A stretch of DNA of 64,000 bases from Eledone cirrhosa (GCA_964016885.1 OZ024743.1:316386001-316450000); one strand, 5' to 3'. Shown: positions 16,652 to 31,353, numbered from the stretch's first letter. Numbers and translations: made by a program. Notes: generated by a model from the letters alone, not told the origin.

Positions 16652-16851
16652 NNNNNNNNNNNNNNNNNNNNNNNNNNNNNNNNNNNNNNNNNNNNNNNNN
16701 NNNNNNNNNNNNNNNNNNNNNNNNNNNNNNNNNNNNNNNNNNNNNNNNNNNNNNNNNNNNNNNNNNNNNNNNNNNNNNNNNNNNNNNNNNNNNNNNNNNN
16801 NNNNNNNNNNNNNNNNNNNNNNNNNNNNNNNNNNNNNNNNNNNNNNNNNNN
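16652..16851. other. Assembly gap (200 N)
   Basis: N run. Confidence 1.
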
Positions 16852-18125
16852 GTCCGTGTTATACGCTTGCATGGGTTTGGACGGGGGTTTTCCCACTTGA
16901 GGCAAGAGTGTTTGTCTTGCTCGCATAGGACTATCTGGCGGGTTTTCTACAGCTGGATACCCTTCCTAACACCAATCATATTTACAGTGTGGGGCTGGGA
17001 GGTTTTTACCGAGTTGCCTACACGGCCACATTACAGCGTGGACTGTCTGGCAGGTTTTCTACTGCTGGATGCCCTTCCTAACACCAACCACATTTACAGT
17101 GTGGGGCTGGGAGGTTTTTACCGTGTTGCCTACACGACCACATTACAGCGTGGACTTTCTACACGATCTCATTTGTTTCGGCCTGGATGTTGTGGCACCA
17201 ACATAACTTTACATTGAAGGGGCGGTGTGGATGGGTTGGGGGGGGGGGGTATTTTGTTAGAGATGCCTACTGGCTGTAGTAGGTTTTACTTTGTATTTAG
17301 GTAAGGCGGGTCTTCTCTATTACTGAGTACTGCCAAAGGTCTCGGTCCAGTGACATTGTCTTGGAGAGGTGTAAGTGTGTGAGATCGGAATATATCAGCT
17401 CGTCCCAGGTTTTTCTGGGTCTGCCTACTCCGTAGCTACCGTCTATCTTTATTGCCCTGCACTTTGTTATACAGCTGTCGTCTTTCATGCGCATCACGTG
17501 ACCATACCAACGTAGCCTTCTCTCGAGTAAACAACATCTGATCCCTCTTATTTCTAATTTTTTCCTTAGTTCGCTTATGCTTTACCGTTCACGTATGTTA
17601 CTATTACACATCCAGCGGAGCATGCAAGCTTCGTTCCTCTGTAGTCTGCGTATATCTTCTGCACACAATGCCCAGGTCTCACTGCCATGCAACATTGCTG
17701 TTCGTATGCAGGCATCATACAACCTGCCTTTCATTCTTAGGGAGAACCCTTTAGCGGCTAATAGTTGTATAAGCTCTCTGAACTTTTTCCAACCAGTTCT
17801 AACTCTCGCTACTGTACTTTCAGAGCACCCTCCCCCACTGCTTATTTTGTCGCCCAGGTAACGGAAGCTGTCCACTATTTCTATAGAACCCTCTGCGCAA
17901 TTGAAAGAGCTAGTATTTTGTGGGCACTTGCTGCTACTTATTGCACCAGAGCACCGGCCACATGTAAAATCTATGTTCTTAGTTAGCTTACCTGTGATCC
18001 CACTACATCCTTTATGCACCCATACTTTGCATTTGGGCCATAAAATGGAGTTTCTACCTACGCCTTTCCTACACACTGAGCATGGCCATTTCCCGGAAGG
18101 GACCGGCGCCTTATTTTCTTTCCTA
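16852..18125 (-). mobile_element. 5'-truncated RTE LINE (PHD-finger type) with long 3' UTR
   Basis: [50 protein letters not shown]. Closely matches 45295-46400. Confidence 0.9.
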
Positions 18126-18157
18126 ATATAGACATATATATACATATATATATTTAT

Positions 18158-18216
<59 letters not shown>

Positions 18217-18224
18217 TATATATA

Positions 18225-18592
18225 TAATGTAAGTATGTATGTATACGTACATACATATATGTATACAGACGTACAGTAGCATGTATATATATATATATAT
18301 ATATATACATACGTACAGGCACACATATATATATGTACGTATCAGTTTACCGAACATTTATTATAATGTTCGCTTTGTTCGTTTGTAAACAAACAGACAG
18401 CCTGATTTACGCCGTACAGTGTTCAGGCAACCACGTCACCATTTTGTTCAACACTGACACAGGAACGATGTACTAGTTTCAAGCTTGTTAGCTATCGTCA
18501 GCACCGTATACCTTTCTGCCAGATGGTTGAACGTTCGAAAGTATATACTTTCCTTATGAAAATTAACGGCTGAGCAGCCTAATTTGCATATT
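18225..18592 (+). repeat. Copy of the about 430-bp unit associated with a Helentron-like element
   Basis: Matches 31600-31945 and the reverse complement of 54000-54330. Confidence 0.75.
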
Positions 18593-19659
18593 ATGGAGTA
18601 TGGTTTTCTGGTCTTCGTAACAGTGTCAGTGGTTGTATATCTCGAAATCACAAGGATCACAGTACTCCGGTTTGGTGTGATGTCTGAATTCCTAAGAGAA
18701 TTTTCGGTCAGTTACTATCTTGACCGATTAACCCCACAATTACTACGTAGCGGTTCTTGCACGTGACTGCTGGATCCGGATGAAACGAAGACGAAGAATT
18801 TCCTTGCGTACCGTTTTGTACCACAGATGCGATCTCACTCTGCCTCGTTAATGTTCAATCGACACCAAAGTTCTACATTCGGGGCAATATAATTGAATCC
18901 AACCACCGACAACATAGATGGAAGACCGATAATCACACCAAACCGGAGTACTGTGATCCTTGTAATTTCGAGATATACAACCACTGACACTGTTACGAAG
19001 ACCAGAAAACCATACTCCATAATATTGAACCAAGTGATTGATTTGTGCGACCAAAATAACACCACACACATATTGAACTAGGAATATTGGAACCTCCGTC
19101 AATGTCTGGGTGAGCAAAAATAGATTTCTATATGCATTGGAATTTACGAACTCGTGCATCTGCTGTGGTGTCAAAAACAAACGCACATGACCGCACAGAT
19201 AAACAATGGACTATGCCACGTGGCTTGAACCTGTAAGTGAATTGAAGGTTCTGTAACTCTGATATACAGATTATTTATTATTAAGATGTATAAACTTGAC
19301 ATAACTATTATCATCTTATATTCTCTCAACTAATCACATTTGATCATATTTCTCTATCCCGTTTTCTCCCCCCATAATTATAATATTTTTATTTGAAAAA
19401 ATCGGTTTTTTTACATTGTTTTCCCCTTCAAATACTTGCTTATATTTCTTTATATATTCTCTATATATTTTTTATATATATATATTTTTTATCTTTATTC
19501 TTATTTTCACTTTTATCCTCCTTTATATTTTACCTTATTCTTACTTTTATACCTTATTATAGTGTAATCTTCCCCATGCCTTATTATACATTATTAATTA
19601 TAGATTATTATTATTACTCTTTTTCCATTTCTAATTACCTCATGTACTTTCTCCTCCGT

Positions 19660-19691
<32 letters not shown>

Positions 19692-19937
19692 ATGCCCTTT
19701 GTGTTTGTTTAGCCTCTGCACACCCTCTGCACCCTACTATCGACACCACCCCATCTATGGTTCAGCTAACCACTCGACTCCCGGGAATGAATATGACCGC
19801 AGCTAGTAAACAAGGACCCACACCCCACCCTCCCGCACCAAAATTAGACTTATCGTCCCCTACTTTTGCTCTTTACTCTCTTTACTCTTTGTTCTTGAAT
19901 GTTTGGTTGGTAGAGTCCATAACACCAATCAAACCCC

Positions 19938-19997
19938 TTTTATAGCTCTGATGAATCCTACGGTTACGTAAGGAAGAAACATTGTAAGCCAATAAAA
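19938..19997 (+). ncRNA. Type-I hammerhead ribozyme in the 5' pLTR (second copy 22013-22072)
   Basis: GCT-CTGATGA-A-TCCTACG(GTTA)CGTAAGGA-A-GAAA-CATTG-TA^AGC. Confidence 0.8.
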
Positions 19998-20212
19998 ATC
20001 TTTTGATGTTGTAGACGCTCTTGTGTTCTTTATCATATATACGGCTCTGCTCCAAAGCATAGAGCTAATTATTATGCTGCCAATACCTTAATGGGACACG
20101 GGTATACAATACCTAACTCCTATTAACCTAAGTATTTCTACGGCTCCCCCCGGTTGAGCTAAATCCTTATAACCTGTCCACCTTGTGTGTATGATTATAA
20201 TTGATTGGCAGC

Positions 20213-21800
20213 ATGCTAACTAAAGACTACCTACCTATATCACTCAAGAACATCCCAACCCCATCCAGGACTACTTATGAGAAATTACTGATAGCTAATG
20301 TCAACTCCTTCGTTAAGCGTATTAGATGGCGCACTTTCCACTTCGATAAGAGAAATAAGAAATCAACCACGGTGTCCCCCAATAATAAATTCAGTTTTAA
20401 AACCTATAGGAGCCCGCCCCATAACTCCATGCTAGATGGATTTGAGAATGACCTCCTATCACTAGTAAGGAATATTAAGTTTAAAAACCCCCATGGGAAT
20501 AGCAACAAATTCCGGATGAAACTGGAAACCTTAGTTAAGGGCGTTAACGATAAAAGAGATATCCTGGTCACCTCGGATAAAACCAGAAATATGTATAGCC
20601 TAAATTATGATACGTATCGCAGGTTTATATACAATGAATTAAATAGAAACTATAAAAAGACAACAAGCGCAAACTTAGATGAAATTAATAAGGAAGCATG
20701 CGCCATAGTGGATAAACTAGGCCTGGAAAAGTATACCCAACCATATACCTCTAGGCAACCCAGGTTCACCCTTAAAGACCATAAGGCTGACATCATTAGT
20801 AAACCCTCTGTTAGATTAATTAGCCCATCGAAGTCAGATATAGGAATTATCAGTAAGAAAATTTTAGACGGCGTTATACCCACCATCAGGAGGAAAATAA
20901 ATCTAGAGCTATGGGAGAATACGGAAGAGGTTTTGAAATGGTTCTCAAGCCTTAGCAACCATAAATCCCTTAAATTTATACAATTCGACATCGATGCGTA
21001 CTACACCTCAATCTCCCCCATACTCCTTAATAAGGCCCTAATCATGGCCATGCAGAAAAGTGACCTCACTAGGTTTCAAATTGATGTTATTCTTGCGGCC
21101 CGGAAAACGATAATCACATTTGAGGATGAATTGTGGACCCGCAAGAATACGCCCAATAACTTCGACATCACAATGGGATCTAGTGACTCTGCACAAGTAA
21201 CGGACCTGGTAGGATTGTACCTCTTAAAGGAGTTACATGAGACATTACCGCACTTGAAGGGCGGCTTATACCGTGATGACGCCCTCCTCACTCTCGAGTA
21301 TAAAAAGTGCAATATAGAAAGAACTAGGAAACAGTTACGTAGGTTCTTTAAAACTTTAATCTAAGTATTACCATAGATGCAAATGACAAAACAGTAAACT
21401 TCCTAGACGCCACCCTTGACCTAGAAACTAAAACATTTTCACCCTACCATAAACCTAACGATAGACTAACATATGTAAACGCCAGCTCCAACCACCCCAA
21501 ATCAGTCCTAAACGCTATTCCCAAGGGGGTCTCTAATAGAATTAGCAGACTGTCCTGTAATGAGAGTATCTTCAACTCCAATGCAGAGTATTATGACAAA
21601 GCCCTAGCAGAATCTGGTTACGGGAGTAGATTATCATATATACATAAGGACTCCCAAACCATGAGTGTGAAACCTACTAACATAATCACACATAGTATGG
21701 CCACAAAGCCTAACCAACTTAGAGGCAAGAATAATAGTAAGAACCCTAATGGCGGTAACCCAGCTAAATGTAAACCACGTAAAGACAATACTAGAGTCCC
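20213..21800 (+). pseudogene. PLE reverse transcriptase, frameshift near 21360, GIY-YIG domain missing
   Basis: SLKNIPTPS, TSDKTRN, QFDIDAYYTSI, MGSSDSAQVTDLVG, LYRDD. After the shift it continues as VNFLDATL..YHKPND..YVNASSNHP. Confidence 0.88.
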
Positions 21801-22211
21801 TCACCACCCTACTATCGACGCCACCCCATCTATGGTTCAGCTAACCACTCGACTCCCGGGAATGAATATGACTGCAGCTAGTAAACAAGGACCCACACCC
21901 AACCCTCCCGCACCAAAATTAGACTTATCGTCCCCTACTTTTGCTCTTTACTCTCTTTACTCTTTGTTCTTGAATGCTTGGTTGGTAGAGTCCATAACAC
22001 CAATCAAACCCCTTTTATAGCTCTGACGAATCCTACGGTTATGTAAGGAAGAAACATTGTAAGCCAATAAAAATCTTTTGATGTTGTAGACGCTCTTGTG
22101 TTCTTTATCATATATAATATATATATATATATAATATATATATAATATATAATATATATATAATATATATAATATATATATATATAATATATATATAATA
22201 TATATATATAT

Positions 22212-22242
<31 letters not shown>

Positions 22243-22419
22243 ATATATATATAATATATATATATATATAATATATATATAATATATATATATATATAAT
22301 ATATATATATATAATATATATATATATATAATATATATATATATATATAGTATATATATATATATATAATATATATATATATATATAATATATATATAAT
22401 ATATATAATATATATATAT

Positions 22420-22524
<105 letters not shown>

Positions 22525-22665
22525 TAATATATATATATAATATATATATATATGATATATAATATATATATAATATATAATATATATATATATATATAAT
22601 ATATATATATAATATATATATATATAATATATGATATATATATAATATATAATATATGTTGATGA

Positions 22666-23533
22666 GTGTTGATGAGTAGAAAAGAGGACAAAACCCTGAT
22701 TCCGTCAGGGAAATGGCCATGTTCGATATGCAGAAAAGGAACTGGCATAAATTCTATAAAATGCACACAATGTAGGTCCTGGGTACACAAGAGATGTAGC
22801 GGGATAGCAGGCAAACTAACAGGTAGGGAGAAATATGTATGCAGTAGATGTACAGGGAAATTAGACAGTAGAAGTCGCACTGATAGACACATTTTTCAAA
22901 TGCGAGAGGGCGCTATAGAAGTGGTGGATAGCTTCCGGTACCTAGGAGATCAGATTAGCATGGGAGGAGGGTGTTCCGAGGCCATAGTATCTAGAATAAG
23001 GACGGGTTGGAAGAAGTTTAGGGAGCTGCTTCCTCTGTTGACGAAGAAGGGTTTCTCCCTGCGTACGAAAGGCCGGTTGTATGATGCCTGTGTGAGGAGC
23101 GCGATGCTGCATGGTAGTGAGACATGGGCAGCTACGGCTGGAGAGAAATGAGGCAAGCATGCTCCGTTGGATGTGCAGTGTAAATGTGCGTGAACGACCC
23201 AGCATAAATGTGTTGAGAGAGAAACTGTGTCTGAGAGGGATAGAATGTAGTGTACGGGAGAGGAGACTGAGGTGGTATGGACATGTGATGCGCATGGAGG
23301 ATGACCGATGGGTGAAGAAGTGCCAGGAAATGCCAGTTGAAGGAAGACGTAGTAGAGGTAGACCACGAAAAACATGGGCGGAGGTGGTGAGAACAGACCT
23401 CAGATCATTGAAGCTCACGGTGGAGATGACGAGGGACCGTGACGAGTGGAGAGATGCTGTGCTGAATAAGACCCGTCCCACCCTTGCAAGCAGGGAAAAG
23501 CGGACGTAAAATGATGATGATGATGATGATGAT
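22666..23533 (+). mobile_element. 5'-truncated RTE LINE (PHD-finger type, family A) ending in (GAT)n
   Basis: KWPCSICRKG..WVHKRC..CSRC, FRYLGD, LRWYGHVMR, GRPRKTW, then a short 3' end GTCCCACCCTTGCAAGCAGGGAAAAGCGGACGTAAAA(TGA)n. Confidence 0.9.
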
Positions 23534-23847
23534 ATAATATATATATATATAATATATAATATATATATATAATATATATATATATGATATATAATATATA
23601 TATAATATATAATATATATATATATAATATATATATATTATATATATATATAATATATATATATAATATATATAATATATATATATATAATATATATAAT
23701 ATATATAATATATATATATAATATATATATATAATATATATAATATATATATATATATAATATATAATATATATATTATATATATAATATATATATATAT
23801 AATATATATAATATATATATATAATATATATAATATATATATATAAT

Positions 23848-24181
23848 ATCATCATCATTTCATTTTACATCCGCTTTTCCCTGCTTGCAAGGGTGGGATG
23901 GGAACTGATTCTGGCTTGATTTCTACAGCTGGATGCCCTTCCTAACACCAACCTCATTTACAGTGAGTGCTGGGTGCTTTTTTTTTCCGTGGCGCCTACA
24001 CGTCCACTTTGCAGTGGAATAATAGGGAACCAAGTCCCTATCATCTCGTTTCTACAGCTGAGTAAACTGGAGCAATGTGAAATAAAGTGTCTTGCTCAAG
24101 GAAACACACATCACCCGGTCTGAGAATTGAACTCACAACCTTTCGATTGCAAGGCCAATGCTCTAACCACTAAGCCATGTG

Positions 24182-24184
<3 letters not shown>
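23848..24184 (-). mobile_element. SINE family 2 copy lacking one internal subrepeat
   Basis: Matches 2597-2981. Confidence 0.85.
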
Positions 24185-24270
<86 letters not shown>

Positions 24271-26121
24271 TATGTTAACATGGAAAAGTATTTGATGGAT
24301 GTGTGTGTGTGTGTACACACACACACATTCACACACACACCCACACATACACACACATGTATGTATGTTTATGTCCTTCATGCTAGAAACTATTCATTAA
24401 ACAAACAAAAAATAAACAGCAAATATAAAATAGATTGAAAGACATTAGTTGTTGTTTAGGTCTCTATGAAAACAATTATAACCAATTAAAATGGTAAAAG
24501 TCATAAATGGCATCAGTAATACCATCAATACTTGAACCTCAGAATCACTCCTTGAACGATTCTTGATATTAAAAGGTTATATTGTTACTAAGGCAACAGT
24601 TTCTCTGAAGATACAATTGTTAATTCTTTTACTGATTCTATTTTTTTTTAACTGTGGCTATACTGAAGCCTTACCTTGAAAGGATTTAGTTGATTATATC
24701 AATTTCAGTACTTATTTTCAAGTTTGTCTTAAGTCTGTTGGCTCACCATATTGGTGCTTATCTTGGTTTCTGTAGCATGAAGCGATTGAAACTACAAGAC
24801 TTCCCCTGAGACAGGATGCCAGTCCATCACAGGGATAATGACCCCCCCCCCCAGCTAGTGCTAGTACTCATTTTCAGCTGAGTATACTGGAACAATGGGA
24901 AATGAAATGTTTTTCAAGAACATAACACACAACCCAGTCCAGGAATTAAACCCACAACATTATGATTGTAAGTCCAACACCCTTACCAGTAGGCCACATA
25001 CCTACACTTATTATCAAAGCCTGGTACTTATTTTATCAACCTAGATTTGTTGAACTACTAAGTTTTGGAATATATAAACATACACATACATACACACAAA
25101 CACACACATGTATGTATACATGCATTCATACACAACAGGCTTCCGCATAGTTTTCATCAGTTAAACTTCATTCACAAGGCATTGATCAACCTGAAGTAAT
25201 AATAGAAAGTATTTGCCCAATGTACCACATAGTGGAATTGAACCTGAAACCAAGTGGTTGTATAACAAACTACTTAACCACACAACCGTGTTTGTGTCTA
25301 TGAAGTGTTAAAACAATATGGTTAAAACACATTTCTATAGATTAAACAAATGATACCAATAATGCCAACAATACTTGAAGCATAGAAACATAATTTGAAG
25401 GATTCTTGATATTGTAGTTACTATGGGAACAGTTTCTCAGAAGACACAATTATTAAATAGCTATGTCAGAAATATTAACAATAACAACAAAGACAATTCC
25501 AAATAAATGGAAAGAGTCAATATGATTCATAAATTCCTTGTATCATGTATGTAGGATAACTTTATATATTTTTTTTGTTTTAGACAAAAAAATAATATTC
25601 AAATGAAACAAAAAAAAAAGGAAAGGGAAAGAAGAAAAAGAGAATGAAGCAACAAAGGAAAGGGAGGGCTCTGCACCCCAGTTGAGTGGGGATTTAACTA
25701 TGCCCCACAGGTAAAATGGCAAAGGTATTGCCATAGAGAATGGCTAGCAAGACCCCTGCAACAGCCACCCCACCTCTTAAGGCTGCTTCTTCAGGTGTAC
25801 TGCTGTCTTTCTGATTTTATGGAGGAAATTTGCAGTGTGAAGACCAAGGACACCAGAGGTCTCTTGTTATGAAATGGAACAATAGTTTAATGGACATAAT
25901 ATTATAACCAGCTATTCTGTCTTGATAACATTGCTTCCACCACTGCATGCTATGACCAAAAACGAACTCATATTTGCACTACCTATATCCAACAACCTAA
26001 CTGCAATTGCTGAGATTGAACCCTTCCAACACCATCGTATATAGGAGTGCACTCCTTCCATCATAGTAAATATGAGTTTCATTGCAAACAACTTTAAAGG
26101 ATGGTATAGTCAATATCTTTA

Positions 26122-26400
26122 TTTGTTTACTGTACTGTTACATATGAAAGTGTAGAGATCAGGGAGGCATGGGACCTAGTGGTAAGTATGTTAGATTTAC
26201 GGTCAAAATGTCATGGGTTTGATTCTTGGATTGGGTTGTGTTGTGTTCTTGAGCAAAACACTTCATTTCACATTGCTCTAATATACAATATACTCAGCTG
26301 AAAATGAGTACCAGGCTGGCATCCTTGCACTCTCAGTTGCTTAATGTCACAGAAACCGGGATAAGCATCGGCCTGATAAACCTTCAGGCTTAAGACTTTA
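26122..26400 (+). mobile_element. Old tRNA-derived SINE (relatives at about 24760-25000 -, 26890-27000 +, 58428-58660 +)
   Basis: GGCATGG..TAGTGG head, TTCTTGAGCAA-ACACTTCATTTCACATTGCTC and ACTCAGCTGAAAATGA motifs. Confidence 0.65.
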
Positions 26401-27914
26401 GACTTTTTTTTTTAGACATGATTATTCATCTGTAAACTGGAGTATTGTTGAAATCTCTCCATACTTGAGTGGATTATATAACTGCCAGTTTTGCCTGTCT
26501 GAGAAACTATATAACCTAAAGAGACCCCTGATATCCTGTAACAGGAAATTCAAAATAATTTTCTCACCATATTCAAGTCTATGTCCCGAGTCAATACAAA
26601 CCAGTAAACTTAAAATATATTTGCCTGGAAAAGGATAGCACAGGAGATATCAGATTGAATGAAGGAATTATCTTCCTTAACCATGAAAATTTCCCTTGCT
26701 TCTGTACATTCAACAGCAACGAGGTTGGGGAGATGGTGGCAAAATAAAGCCAGCAAGTTTAGAAAAGTACTGTAAAGACAATGGAAGATACAAGGGGTGT
26801 ATATATTACTGAATACTGAATGAAAGTTTGAAAAACACCGAGAGTCTGACTTGGCTGATTTATCAGATGTTTTTTGTTGTGTGTACAGTGAAGGTGCATG
26901 GTTTAGTGGTTAGTGTATTCAGCTCATGGTAGTAATTTCATGTGTTCTTGAGCATGACATTTTATTTCAAGTTGTTCCATTCCACTCAGCTGACCAAAAT
27001 AATCTGTACTTAAAAATAATTGAGTGGTATCCAATAAAAACAAAACACTATGAAAGGGAACAAAAAAGGAAGAAGAAAATGAAAAGAAAAGAAAAAAGGA
27101 TCAAGCAACGAAAGAAAGGAAATGGGAAAGGACAGACACTTTGGTCTGAGCAGTGCCTCAGCTATGCCCCGTGGATAAAATGGCAAAGGCGTTATCACAG
27201 AGAATGGCCAGAGATATCCTCCACAACATCCAACCCAACTCACGGGATTCCTTGCTCAAGCAGGCTGTCATCTTTCTGACTTTATGGAGGAAATCAGCAG
27301 TATGGGAATCAAGGACACCAGAGGTTTCGTTGGAGACTGGTGGGAAGAGGAAATGGTTGGTCAGGCCCTGGTATTTAACTATCTAGCTGTACTTGTAATT
27401 CAAAAGCCAGCCTCGTCACATAGTGTGTCCTGCTGAATCTTCCTGAGAACTACCCTATAGGTGTATGTGCCTGTGGAATAATCAGCTACTTGCATGTTAA
27501 TTTCACAAGTTGGCTGTTCCATTGTAAGAACAGCTGGCACACACAAACAACAAAAACATGTGTGTACTGCAAACATGAATATGAACCTATGACCTATAAA
27601 ATGTTTAGAGTGCAGTTCCTCACACAATGCAGACATGCTGTCTCTAATGCTTTCAACATGTTCATTAAAGCAACAGTATCATTAATGTTGATTAAATTAA
27701 AATTTATTAAAGTAATTTAATCAAATTCTGTTCCTTTCATTTGATTGATCTTTAGCATGTGTTGCAAACTAGAGCAAAAAAAGCAGAAAAAAAAAAATTA
27801 CTTCTTTGATAGAAATTTGTTGATTATCAAAGAGATGAGAGGTTGCACAACTGTGACAATTCATTCAAAATTATTTCTTGTACCTGTTTTTATTGGCGTG
27901 TTGTTTGTAGGCAC

Positions 27915-28395
27915 CAATTCATGGGAGACACAGTAGAGCAGTAGAGGAAGACCTGCTTCAACCTTCATTGATCAATTCAGGGTGGACGCAGTAGAAGTCC
28001 TGCTTGAACCTTCATTGATCAACTCTCAGATAATACAATCCTCAGTAGGGAGCAATGGAAAATCATAAATTATGGAGAGACTTTGTTGGAAATGTTTGAT
28101 TGTGGTTGCAATGTTGATGAGGATGATCTATCTATCTATCTCACTTTCTCACACTCTCTTTCTAGCTACCTCTCACTGCCACTCCCAGTAGCTATAGCTG
28201 TCTCTATTTATCTATTGTGTGAACTTACCCATGGGAAACGCAGTAGAGGAAACCTGCTTGAACATTTATTGATCCACTCTCAGATGATGCAAATCTCAGT
28301 AGGGAGTAGTTGCCAGAAGCAATGGAAAATTGTGAATTGTGGAGAGTCATTGTCAGGAATGGTCGACTGTGGTCGCAATGATGATGATGATGATC
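27915..28395 (+). mobile_element. Two degenerate LINE 3' ends in tandem
   Basis: HG(R/K)xSRG(R)PA..FIDQ-like coding remnants, each followed by a (GAT)n tail. Confidence 0.5.
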
Positions 28396-28694
28396 TGTGG
28401 TATTGCTGTTGAAGCTGAAACAACTGCCATGTCATAGTCATATTAGATATTTATAAAACACATACTTTTAACAGTATAGTCTGGACTTGTACCTGAGTAG
28501 TTAGCACACCTGGCTAGCCCTACAATGCAAACCCCTTCTCCCAGTTATGCATCCTATTTCCCCCCAAAAAATAATTTCAACTTATTTTGGAAAGCTGAGA
28601 AACCTAGAATTTGACAGTTCTTGCTCTAACCACACTAAGAAAATTAACTAAGCCTGCATTTTCTACTACACTGTCCACACTCACACAAGCCAAA

Positions 28695-30503
28695 TCATGT
28701 GACAGCATCTCTCCACTTGTCACGGTCCTTAGTCATCTCCTCTGTGAGCTTCAGCGATCTGAGGTTTGCTCTCACCACCTCTGCCCATGTTTTTCGTGGT
28801 CTTCCTCTACTGTGTCTTCCTTCTACTGGGATTTCTTGGCACTTCTTTACCCAGCAGTCATCCTCCATGCGCATCACATGTCCATACCATCGCAGTCTTC
28901 TCTCCCACACTCCACAACTTATTCCTCTTATACACAGTTTCTCCCTCAACTCATCCACGCTTGGTTGTTCACGCACATTGACATTGCACATCCAACGGAG
29001 CATGCTTGCTTCATTTCTCTCCAGCCGTCGCATATCTTCTGCAGATGCTGCCCATGTCTCACTACCATGCAGCATCGCGCATCTCATACAAGCATCATAT
29101 AACCGGCCTTTCATAGGCAGGGAGAAACCCTTCTTTATCAACAGCGAAGCAGCTCCCTAAACTTCTTCCAACCCGTCCTTATTCTAGATATTATGGCCTT
29201 GGAACACCCCCCTCCCATGCTTAACTGATCACCTAGGTACCGGAAGCTATCAACCACTTCTTTAGAACCCATCTGCATTTGAAAAATGTGTCTATCACTG
29301 CGACTTCTACTGTCAAATTTCCCTGTACATCTACTGCATACATAGTTTTTCCCTACTTGTTAGATTGCCTGCTATCCCACTATATCTCTTGTGTACCCAA
29401 GATCTGCATTGTGTACATTTTATAGAATTTATGCCAGTTCATTTTCTACATATCGAACATGGCTATTTCGTTGATGGAATCAGAGTTTTGTCCTCTTTTC
29501 TACTTATCAACACTTTTGTCTTAGCTAGGTTCACTCTCAGTCCTCTTGATTCCAACTGCTGTTTCCATAGCCAGAATTTATTCTGTAGCTCCTCTACTGA
29601 TTCTGCTATAAGAACCAGATCATCAGCATAGAGAAGTTCCCATGGACAGCCAGTCTTAAACTCCTCTATTATGGCTTGGAGGACTATAATGAACAAGAGC
29701 GGGCTGAGGACCAAACCTTGATGTACTCCTACTTGTATCTGGAATTCCTCACTAAACTCCATTCCTACTCTCCCTTTAATGACAGAACCTCTGTACATAG
29801 CTTGCACTGTCCTCACAAGCCATTCCTCTACACCTAGTTTCCTTAGGGACCACCAGATGACAGATCGGGGTACCCTATCCAAGGCATTCTCTAGGTCAAC
29901 AAAAGCTAAATATAGTGGCTTATTCTTCTCTAAGAACCTCTTGTAGTTGTCTCACTAAGAAGAGGGCATCTGTTGTACTTTTCCCAGGCACAGAACCAAA
30001 CTGCATCTCATTTAATTTGACCCTTTCTCTAATTAGTTGCGCTAATATTCTTTCTGCGACTTTCATATCCTGATCCATCAGATTTATGCCCCTATAATTG
30101 CTCCTCTCCATGCCACCCCCTTTACCTCTGTAGCAATTTATGAGAATACTGCTGCACCAGTCTTTGGGTATGACACCGCCATATATAGCTTCATTGATGA
30201 TGCGTGCAACCAGTTTAGTGCCTACCTCTGATGCCTTCAGCATCTCAGCAACTATCCCCGACGGTCCAGCAGCCTTACCATTTTTTATTTCCTTAATCAC
30301 CTCTTGGACCCTATATTCTTCAATCTCAATAGCTGCTTCCTCTGTCGGGTCTACTGGGGATATTTGTTCTCCGCATTCATCAGTCTCTCATAATGACATT
30401 TCCAGGCCTCCTTTTTCTGATCATTCGTGACACTAAGTACACAAGCATCATTTCAGACACACTTATCTCCAACAACATCCTGATTTACACTGACACACTG
30501 CCT

Positions 30504-30510
<7 letters not shown>
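28695..30510 (-). mobile_element. RTE LINE family A, RT region, decayed
   Basis: KNGKAAGPSGIVAEM, NYRGINL, MQFG, VDLENALDRVPR, GVHQG..LSPLLF, LLYADD, PHD-like insert and C-terminal motifs, with several frameshifts. Confidence 0.92.
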
Positions 30511-30549
<39 letters not shown>

Positions 30550-31353
30550 GCACATACGGACGCAATTTTTCTTGCAACCATACACCTACACACACACACA
30601 CATACACACATACATACATACATAGTTTACAAAACAAAATGATACCTCCAGTAACATCTGGAATAGAAAAAAAATCAATTACCAACAATAGCCAGTATAA
30701 AATTCATAGAATTTAGAAATAATTAAATATTATGTGAATCTCATTTGTGTTCATTTGCCTTTTTATTGTGTATTTCTATAAACTCACACAGAATTATAAA
30801 CCTTTCTTTGTATGTCTTTCTCTCTTTCTCTCTCTTTCTCGCTCTCTCTTTCTCTCTCTCTCTCTATCTATCTCTATGTCTGTGTGTATGTATGTATGTA
30901 TAAATATATATATATATATATATTATTAAAATAACAGATTAAAGTTTAAGCAAAGAATCGCTGCTTTCATCCTTAACAGGATTTTCTGAAACTAAAAAGG
31001 TCAATCTGTGAACGCAGAAGTAAATAGTTAAAAGAACGTTGCAACCAAAGGAAGACCGGAAGATGATACTTTGGTTCGTGGAAACGTTCCCTGGCAAAGA
31101 ACGGAAAAAAACGAAAATAATACGTCATTATTTGGTGCAGTGAAAACAATTACACACGAAGACAAAACCACGTTTATGGTATAAATGAAGTCGTAGACTA
31201 ATATTCTATTAGGTGGTTCATGGAGACTCTACGGTTCTTATATATCTGATATATATTTATCCTTATCGAGCCCTCTTTGGATTTTAGTCTTCAAATTTAT
31301 TATTATTACTATTTGGCTTCCTCAGTTGAGCACTCTATTGACTTATATTCATC

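Larger units (their letters stand above)
19730..22115 (+). mobile_element. Penelope-like element with two direct pseudo-LTRs (19730-20040 and 21805-22115)
   Basis: Direct repeats of about 310 bp, offset by 2075 bp, each with an HHR, flanking an RT ORF. Confidence 0.9.

Noticed and set aside
25600-27330. Diverged direct repeats of about 250 bp (25620-25870 and 27080-27330) as LTRs
   Set aside because: Too divergent, with no TG..CA ends, PBS or internal coding remnants. They are more likely independent old repeat fragments.
31050-31095. HHR-like CGGAAGA..GAAACGTT upstream of the PLE ORF fragment
   Set aside because: Core U4 is substituted and stems I and II pair poorly, so at most a dead remnant.
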